Below the pieces are notes generated by a model. It did no database searches, was not told where the DNA came from, and saw only the letters and a list, made by a program, of their open reading frames with translations. A stretch of DNA of 64,000 nt from Candidatus Omnitrophota bacterium (lineage in GTDB: Bacteria; Omnitrophota; Gorgyraeia; Gygaellales; Profunditerraquicolaceae), in the NCBI GenBank assembly GCA_016208765.1, contig JACQXK010000106.1, forward strand, positions 20,256-84,255. The letters run 5' to 3'. Positions 57,935 to 64,000 of this stretch are shown piece after piece. How positions within the stretch are numbered: the stretch's first letter is position 1; every line of letters begins with the position of its first letter. A program made the position numbers and the translations under genes.

Positions 57935-58360
57935 ATGGCAAAGAAAATTAAGGCTCAAATTAAACTACATGTTCCAGCGGGCGCTGCAAACCCTGCTCCT
58001 CCTGTCGGGCCGGCGCTGGGCCAGCACGGTGTAAACATAATGCAGTTTTGTAAACAATTTAACGATCAGACCAAGGGGAGAGATGGTTTGATTCTACCGG
58101 TTGTAATCAGTGTTTTTGAAGACCGCACATTTTCTTTTATAATCAAGAGCCCGCCATCGTCGGTATTGTTAAAACGCGCGGCTAATCTTGCAAAGGCTTC
58201 AGGAATTGCCGGTAAAGAGATTATAGGAAAGGTAACAAAGAAGCAGATTGAGGAGATATCAAAGCAAAAAATGCAGGATTTAAATACCTCTGATTTTGAA
58301 CAGGCCTTTAAAATAATTTCAGGGACAGCCAGAAGCATGGGTATTGTTGTTGAGGGATAA
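57935..58360 (+). CDS. rplK: 50S ribosomal protein L11
   Basis: [22 protein letters not shown]. Confidence 0.97.
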   Translation: MAKKIKAQIKLHVPAGAANPAPPVGPALGQHGVNIMQFCKQFNDQTKGRDGLILPVVISVFEDRTFSFIIKSPPSSVLLKRAANLAKASGIAGKEIIGKVTKKQIEEISKQKMQDLNTSDFEQAFKIISGTARSMGIVVEG

Positions 58361-58364
58361 AATT

Positions 58365-59045
58365 ATGAAAGCTCATAGCAAGAGATATACTGAATCGGAA
58401 AAGAATCTTGATAGAAATAAGCAATATCAACTGAAAGAGGCTATTGCAGCTTTAAAGAAAATGGTGCCTCCTAAGTTTGACGGGTCAGTTGATCTGCATT
58501 TTAATTTAAATGTTGATACTAAGAAATCAGATCAGATGGTAAGGGGCACAGTGGTTCTTCCGCACGGGACCGGCAAGAAAATCAGAGTTGCGGTTTTTTG
58601 CAAAGGTGAACATGAACGACAGGCCAAAGAAGCTAAGGCAGATTTGGTTGGCGGACAGGAATTGATTGATAAAGTAGCCGGTGGATTTTTAGATTTTGAT
58701 TGCGCAATTGCAACTCCTGATATGATGAAAGATTTGAGCAAACTCGGCAAAGTCCTTGGGCCTAGGGGTTTGATGCCCAGCCCGAAAACCGGAACAGTCA
58801 CGAATGATATTACCAAGGCAATTGAGGACGTTAGAAAAGGTAAAGTTGAATTCAGGGTAGATAAACAAGGCGGCATACATTTGTCCGTTGGAAAGATTTC
58901 TTTTGATGAAGATAAATTATATGACAATGCTTCAAAAGTAATTGAAGCGCTGAATGAGTCAAAACCCGCATCAGTAAAAGGCAAATTTGTGCGCACCTTG
59001 TCAATTTGCTCTTCAATGAACCCGGGCCTGAGGCTCGCAATCTAA
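58365..59045 (+). CDS. rplA: 50S ribosomal protein L1
   Basis: VRGTVVLPHGTGK, LGPRGLMPSPKTGTV, SMNPG; ATG at 58365. Confidence 0.97.
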   Translation: MKAHSKRYTESEKNLDRNKQYQLKEAIAALKKMVPPKFDGSVDLHFNLNVDTKKSDQMVRGTVVLPHGTGKKIRVAVFCKGEHERQAKEAKADLVGGQELIDKVAGGFLDFDCAIATPDMMKDLSKLGKVLGPRGLMPSPKTGTVTNDITKAIEDVRKGKVEFRVDKQGGIHLSVGKISFDEDKLYDNASKVIEALNESKPASVKGKFVRTLSICSSMNPGLRLAI

Positions 59046-59046
59046 A

Positions 59047-59574
59047 ATGAAAAAAATAAGCCTGATAGTTAAAGAGAATTCGGAAAATAGGATCAAGGAC
59101 ACATTAAAAGAATCAGAAGCTGTTTTTGTAATAAAATACTCCGGTTTATCCAGCCCTGATGTAACTGCTTTAAGGCAGAATTTAAAAAGTTCAAGCGCTT
59201 CTTTTTACGTAGTCAAGAACAGTGTTGCCCGAAGAGCTTTAAAAGATGCCGGCTTTGAAGGCCTGATCGGCTCAGTTGAGGGGCCATGCGGTTTGATTTT
59301 TGTAAAAGACGAGCCTGTAAATGTTTCAAAGTCACTCTGCGCTTTTGCAAAAGAGCATGATAAGCTACAGTTTGACTCAGGGTATCTTAAAGATAAGCTT
59401 CTGGTTAGAAAAGATATTGAGGCAATGGCTAAACTGCCTTCAAAAGAAGTTTTAAGGGCGCAGGTAGTTATGACCTTAAACTCCCCGATATCCAGATTTG
59501 TAATTAGTTTAAATCAGATATTGCGCAATTTCGTGTATTGTTTGGATCAGGTAAAACAGAAAAAGACAACTTAA
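59047..59574 (+). CDS. rplJ: 50S ribosomal protein L10
   Basis: YSGL, LRQ, VVKNSVARRAL, LPSKEVL; gene position. Confidence 0.93.
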   Translation: MKKISLIVKENSENRIKDTLKESEAVFVIKYSGLSSPDVTALRQNLKSSSASFYVVKNSVARRALKDAGFEGLIGSVEGPCGLIFVKDEPVNVSKSLCAFAKEHDKLQFDSGYLKDKLLVRKDIEAMAKLPSKEVLRAQVVMTLNSPISRFVISLNQILRNFVYCLDQVKQKKTT

Positions 59575-59595
59575 AAAGTTTAAAAGGAGGAAGAA

Positions 59596-59982
59596 ATGGC
59601 TGAGAAATTAGAGGAAATGATTAAATCAATTGAGACAATGACAGTTCTGGAATTGGCTGATTTGGTAAAAGCGCTTGAAGAGAAATTTGGTGTAACAGCG
59701 AATATGCCGATGATGGCTGCACCCGCAGGCGGTGTTGCTGGTGGTGCTGCAGCTCCTGCTGCAGAAGAGAAAACTGCTTTTACAGTTGTTTTGACAAGCG
59801 CCGGAGCAAACAAAATTGCAGTAATTAAAGAAGTCAGGACCATGACAAACCTTGGGTTAAAAGAGGCCAAAGATATGGTTGATGCTGCTCCTAAACCGAT
59901 CAAAGACGGCGTTCCAAAAGAAGAAGCAGAAGAAATGAAAAAGAAATTAGAAGCAGCTGGCGCTACAGTTGAACTGAAATAA
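59596..59982 (+). CDS. rplL: 50S ribosomal protein L7/L12
   Basis: [30 protein letters not shown]. Confidence 0.97.
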   Translation: MAEKLEEMIKSIETMTVLELADLVKALEEKFGVTANMPMMAAPAGGVAGGAAAPAAEEKTAFTVVLTSAGANKIAVIKEVRTMTNLGLKEAKDMVDAAPKPIKDGVPKEEAEEMKKKLEAAGATVELK

Positions 59983-60034
59983 AATTTTAAGGCGATAAGC
60001 AGCAATTAAGAATCACAAATATAATAGGAAAAAG

Positions 60035-63000
60035 ATGACAAAAAGAAAAAGTTTCGCCAAGATAAAAGATGTATATGATCTTCCAAATCTTTTGGATGTT
60101 CAGTTAGAAGCTTACCATGAATTTCTGCAACTGGATGTTTCTCAAAAAGAGAAAAAACACCAGGGACTGCAGGAAGTGTTTGAAGAGATCTTTCCTATTG
60201 AGAACGCCAATCGTTCGGTAAAACTGGAATTTATCAGTTATTTGCTGGGCAAGCCAAAATACAATATTTCAGAATCAAAAAGGCGCGCTGTAACATACGC
60301 TGCGCCATTAAAAGTAAAATTCAGGTTAACTACTCCGAAAGAGACAAAAGAACAGGATGCCTATTTTGGAGAAATCCCTCTAATGACAGAAACCGGCACT
60401 TTTATTATTAATGGTGACGAACGTGTAGTGGTCAGCCAGCTGCAGCGTTCACCGGGCGTTTCTTTTGAAGAGGAGATGCATCCAACCGGTAAGAAAATAT
60501 TTTACGGCAGAGTTATACCTTACCGCGGCGCCTGGCTTGAATTTAAATACGATTTAACCGAGACCGTAATAGCATACGTTGACCGCCGAAGAAATTTTCC
60601 CGCAACGCAAATCCTGAGAATCCTGGGTTTTTCCACTGATGCAGAGATTATTGCTGCTTTCGGAAAAGAATATCCTGAAATTGCCAATACATTAAAAAAA
60701 GATTTTACCAAAAATAAAGAAGAGGCGTATTTGGATTTTTATCGTAAGATGCGCCCCACAGAGCCAATTACTAAAGAAGCCGCAGAGAATCTGTTTTATA
60801 GGTTGTTTTTTGATCCGGCGCGTTATGATCTGGAAAGAGCCGGAAGATTCATATTAAACCGCAAGCTCGGTATGGATGTGTCTCTTGATAAAAGAAACCT
60901 TGACTCAGCGACTATAATAAAGGTAATAGAATATTTGATCAGGTTAAAAGAAGGCGTTGGAAAGATTGATGACATTGATCATCTTGGAAACCGCCGAGTA
61001 AAGACTGTCGGTGAATTAGTGCAGAATCAGGTGCGTATCGGACTTTCACGCGTTGAGCGTTCAATTCGCGAGAGATTAAGTATTTTAGGTGAATTTGATA
61101 ATCTCAATGTTCACTATTTAATCAATTCAAAACTCCTTTCAAATCAAATACGTGATTTCTTTGGACGCAGCCAGTTGTCGCAATTTATGGATCAGGTCAA
61201 TCCTTTGGCTGAAATGACGCACAAGAGAAGGTTAAGCGCACTTGGCCCCGGAGGTTTATCAAGGGAGCGTGCAGGTTTTGAAGTAAGAGATATCCATCCT
61301 TCGCATTATGGCAGGGTTTGTCCAATTGAAACACCAGAAGGCCCGAATATCGGCTTGATTGCTTCTTTAAGTAGCTATGCCCGGGTAAATCCTTTAGGCC
61401 TTCTGGAAACCCCTTATAGAAAAGTTGAAGATGGCCGAGTTACCAAAAAAGTTGATTATTTAACGGCAGATATAGAAGAAGATAAAGTTATTGCTCAGGC
61501 AAATGTTCCTATTGATGAAAATGGGTATTTTGTTGAAAAAGAAGTTTCCTGCCGCTATAAAGATGATTTTCCTAAGGTTCCTGGCAAACAAGTAGAGTAC
61601 ATGGATGTGTCGCCGAAACAATTGGTTTCTGTGGCTGCTTCATTAATTCCATTTTTGGAGCATGATGATGCAAACCGCGCATTAATGGGTTCAAACATGC
61701 AAAGGCAGGCAGTCCCGTTAATGATCACTGAGTCTCCTTTAGTTGGAACCAATATGGAAGAGAAAGTTGCCCGTGACTCCGGAACAGTAGTGGTTAGCGA
61801 GGAATCCGGTAAAGTAACCAGCGTAGATTCTTTGTCTATCAGTATCGGTAAAAAGATATACCATTTAAATAAATTCTTGCGTACTAATGCGGATACTTGC
61901 TTGAATCAGAGGCCAATTGTTAAATTAGGAGATCATGTTGAAAAAGGGCAAATCATCGCCGATGGTATTGCTACAAGAAATGGCGAACTGGCTTTAGGTA
62001 AAAACGTATTGGTAGCTTTTATGCCTTGGCGCGGTTATAACTTTGAAGATGCTATTTTGATCAGCGAGAAGCTGGCTAAAGAAGATGCGTTTACATCAAT
62101 TCATGTTGAAGAATTTGAGGTTGAGGCCACAGAAACGCGCCTTGGCAATGAAGAAATGACCAGGGATATTCCCAATGTAAGCGAAGAAGCCCTGCGGAAT
62201 TTAGACGAGAACGGCTTAATCAGGATTGGCGCTGAAGTTGAACCGGGTGATATTTTGGTTGGTAAAATTACTCCTAAGACCGATTCAGAGCCTTCCCCTG
62301 AAGAAAGATTGCTGCGTGCAATTTTCGGGGAGAAAGCCGGTGACGTGCGTGATACCTCTTTGATTGTCCCGCCGGGGGTTGAGGGTTCGGTAATAGACGT
62401 GCATGTATTTGCGCGTAAAGACCGCGGCAGAAAATCCAAGGAAGAAAAAACCAAAGAGCTCGCCGCGATAAAAGAACTTAAAGCGTATTACAAACAAGAA
62501 ATTGAGTTTGTGCAGGTAGAAAAGTTAAGTCGTCTATGCCAGCTTTTGGGGATTGATAAGAAAAAGGCTGAAAAAATTGATTTAAGCGATAACGAAGAGG
62601 CAAAAATACTGGCTGCATCTTTTGATGAGCAGATCCAGGAATTATTAGCAGAACAAGAACAGGAAACTGAAAAAGTGCGCCGCGGAGACGAATTGCCGGC
62701 GGGGGTCTTAAAGAGAGTCGTTGTTTATATCGCTACAAAACGTAAACTTGCTGAAGGCGATAAATTAGCCGGCCGGCACGGGAACAAAGGTGTGGTTGCA
62801 AGAATTGTTCGCGAAGAGGATATGCCGTTTATGCCGGATGGTACGCCTGTTGAAGTTATATTAAATCCTTTAGGCGTTCCTTCCCGTATGAATGTGGGCC
62901 AGATCTTAGAAACACATCTTGGATGGGCCGCTAAAGCATTAGGTTTGCAAATGAGCTGCCCGGTTTTTGACGGAGCAACAGAATCTGAGATTAAAGAAAT

Positions 63001-63439
63001 GCTTAAGAAAGCAGGGCTTTCCGAGGATGGAAAAACTGTCCTGTATGACGGTTTTAGCGGAGATACCTTTGATCATAGAATTACAGTAGGGTACATGTAT
63101 ATTTTAAAATTGATCCACTTGGTTGATGAAAAGATACACGCACGCTCAATCGGCCCGTATTCGTTAGTTACACAGCAGCCATTAGGCGGAAAAGCGCAAT
63201 TTGGCGGACAGAGGCTTGGAGAAATGGAAGTCTGGGCGCTGGAGGCTTACGGAGCAGCTTTTACTTTGCAGGAAATGCTTACTGTAAAAAGTGATGATGT
63301 CTCCGGGAGAACAAAAATTTATGAAGCAATAGTTAAAGGGGAACAACGTTTAACGCACGGGACACCGGAGTCGTTTAACGTTTTAATAAAAGAATTGCAG
63401 GGTTTAGGATTAGATATTAAAACAGAAAAAGCCAAATAA
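60035..63439 (+). CDS. rpoB: RNA polymerase beta subunit
   Basis: [54 protein letters not shown]. Confidence 0.98.
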   Translation: MTKRKSFAKIKDVYDLPNLLDVQLEAYHEFLQLDVSQKEKKHQGLQEVFEEIFPIENANRSVKLEFISYLLGKPKYNISESKRRAVTYAAPLKVKFRLTTPKETKEQDAYFGEIPLMTETGTFIINGDERVVVSQLQRSPGVSFEEEMHPTGKKIFYGRVIPYRGAWLEFKYDLTETVIAYVDRRRNFPATQILRILGFSTDAEIIAAFGKEYPEIANTLKKDFTKNKEEAYLDFYRKMRPTEPITKEAAENLFYRLFFDPARYDLERAGRFILNRKLGMDVSLDKRNLDSATIIKVIEYLIRLKEGVGKIDDIDHLGNRRVKTVGELVQNQVRIGLSRVERSIRERLSILGEFDNLNVHYLINSKLLSNQIRDFFGRSQLSQFMDQVNPLAEMTHKRRLSALGPGGLSRERAGFEVRDIHPSHYGRVCPIETPEGPNIGLIASLSSYARVNPLGLLETPYRKVEDGRVTKKVDYLTADIEEDKVIAQANVPIDENGYFVEKEVSCRYKDDFPKVPGKQVEYMDVSPKQLVSVAASLIPFLEHDDANRALMGSNMQRQAVPLMITESPLVGTNMEEKVARDSGTVVVSEESGKVTSVDSLSISIGKKIYHLNKFLRTNADTCLNQRPIVKLGDHVEKGQIIADGIATRNGELALGKNVLVAFMPWRGYNFEDAILISEKLAKEDAFTSIHVEEFEVEATETRLGNEEMTRDIPNVSEEALRNLDENGLIRIGAEVEPGDILVGKITPKTDSEPSPEERLLRAIFGEKAGDVRDTSLIVPPGVEGSVIDVHVFARKDRGRKSKEEKTKELAAIKELKAYYKQEIEFVQVEKLSRLCQLLGIDKKKAEKIDLSDNEEAKILAASFDEQIQELLAEQEQETEKVRRGDELPAGVLKRVVVYIATKRKLAEGDKLAGRHGNKGVVARIVREEDMPFMPDGTPVEVILNPLGVPSRMNVGQILETHLGWAAKALGLQMSCPVFDGATESEIKEMLKKAGLSEDGKTVLYDGFSGDTFDHRITVGYMYILKLIHLVDEKIHARSIGPYSLVTQQPLGGKAQFGGQRLGEMEVWALEAYGAAFTLQEMLTVKSDDVSGRTKIYEAIVKGEQRLTHGTPESFNVLIKELQGLGLDIKTEKAK

Positions 63440-63453
63440 CCGGGAAAATAAAA

Positions 63454-64000
63454 ATGGACGAAATAGTTTCCTTCGATAGCATAAGCATAAAAATCGCATC
63501 CCCGCAGGTAATTAAATCTTGGTCAAAGGGTGAAGTGAAAAAAGCAGAAACTATTAATTACCGTACGCTTAAGCCGGAAAAAGACGGTTTATTTTGCGAG
63601 AAGATTTTTGGGCCGGTACGTGATTGGGAATGTAATTGCGGTAAGTATAAAGGAATAAAATTCAAGGGGACAACTTGTGACCGCTGCGGAGTTGTGGTGG
63701 ATCATTCTTCAGTGCGTAGAGATAGAATGGGGCACATTGAGTTAGCTGCTCCTGTTACGCATATCTGGTTCTTTAAGGCCGTACCCAGCCGCATGAGCGC
63801 CTTGCTTGATATTGGTTTACGAGACCTTGAAAAGATTATTTACTATGAGGAATACGTGGTTGTTGACCCGGGGACATCTGCTTTAAAAAAGAGGCAGCTT
63901 TTAACTGAAGAGCAATATCAAGAAGCTTTGGTGAAATACGGTTCAAACTTTAAGGCAAAAATCGGAGCAGAAGCAATCAGGGACCTTCTGAAGGAAATTG
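63454..64000 (+). CDS. rpoC: RNA polymerase beta' subunit, N-terminal part (runs off the window)
   Basis: [17 protein letters not shown]...[23 protein letters not shown]...CNCGKYK...CDRCGV...RMGHIELA. Confidence 0.96.
   Translation, partial: MDEIVSFDSISIKIASPQVIKSWSKGEVKKAETINYRTLKPEKDGLFCEKIFGPVRDWECNCGKYKGIKFKGTTCDRCGVVVDHSSVRRDRMGHIELAAPVTHIWFFKAVPSRMSALLDIGLRDLEKIIYYEEYVVVDPGTSALKKRQLLTEEQYQEALVKYGSNFKAKIGAEAIRDLLKEI

Overview
This is a low-GC bacterial core-genome segment. Every credible gene lies on the + strand except one GAF-GGDEF gene. The lineage is probably Omnitrophota/PVC-related, inferred from gene order and a TYYPSP-motif exported protein. In order, the window holds: an LPS/surface-glycan cluster; priA-fmt; two tandem GalT-family genes; gap-pgk-tpiA-secG; an Opp/Dpp ABC transporter; marC-glgC-GNAT; acyl-CoA dehydrogenase with etfB and a ferredoxin-fused etfA; a mosaic fibre/adhesin-like exported protein; smc; a diguanylate cyclase; recA-degP-recX-alaS; hisDBHA(lipoprotein)FI-trpE; rpsP-yajC-secDF; mfd-surA-pdxA-rsmA; and tRNA-Thr, rpmG, tRNA-Trp, secE, nusG, rplKAJL, rpoB and partial rpoC. 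I found no CRISPR array, prophage, rRNA or transposase. The most unusual observations are: an SMC whose hinge is reduced to about 60 aa and which carries one in-frame TGA; a second in-frame stop in a GT9 heptosyltransferase; a 635-aa mini-Mfd; a PriA with dead ATPase motifs; a catalytically altered GalT paralog; a modular fibre-adhesin-like protein; 7- and 9-nt micro-repeats inside genes and spacers; and two REP-like palindromes. All calls were made by eye from motifs, with no database searches.
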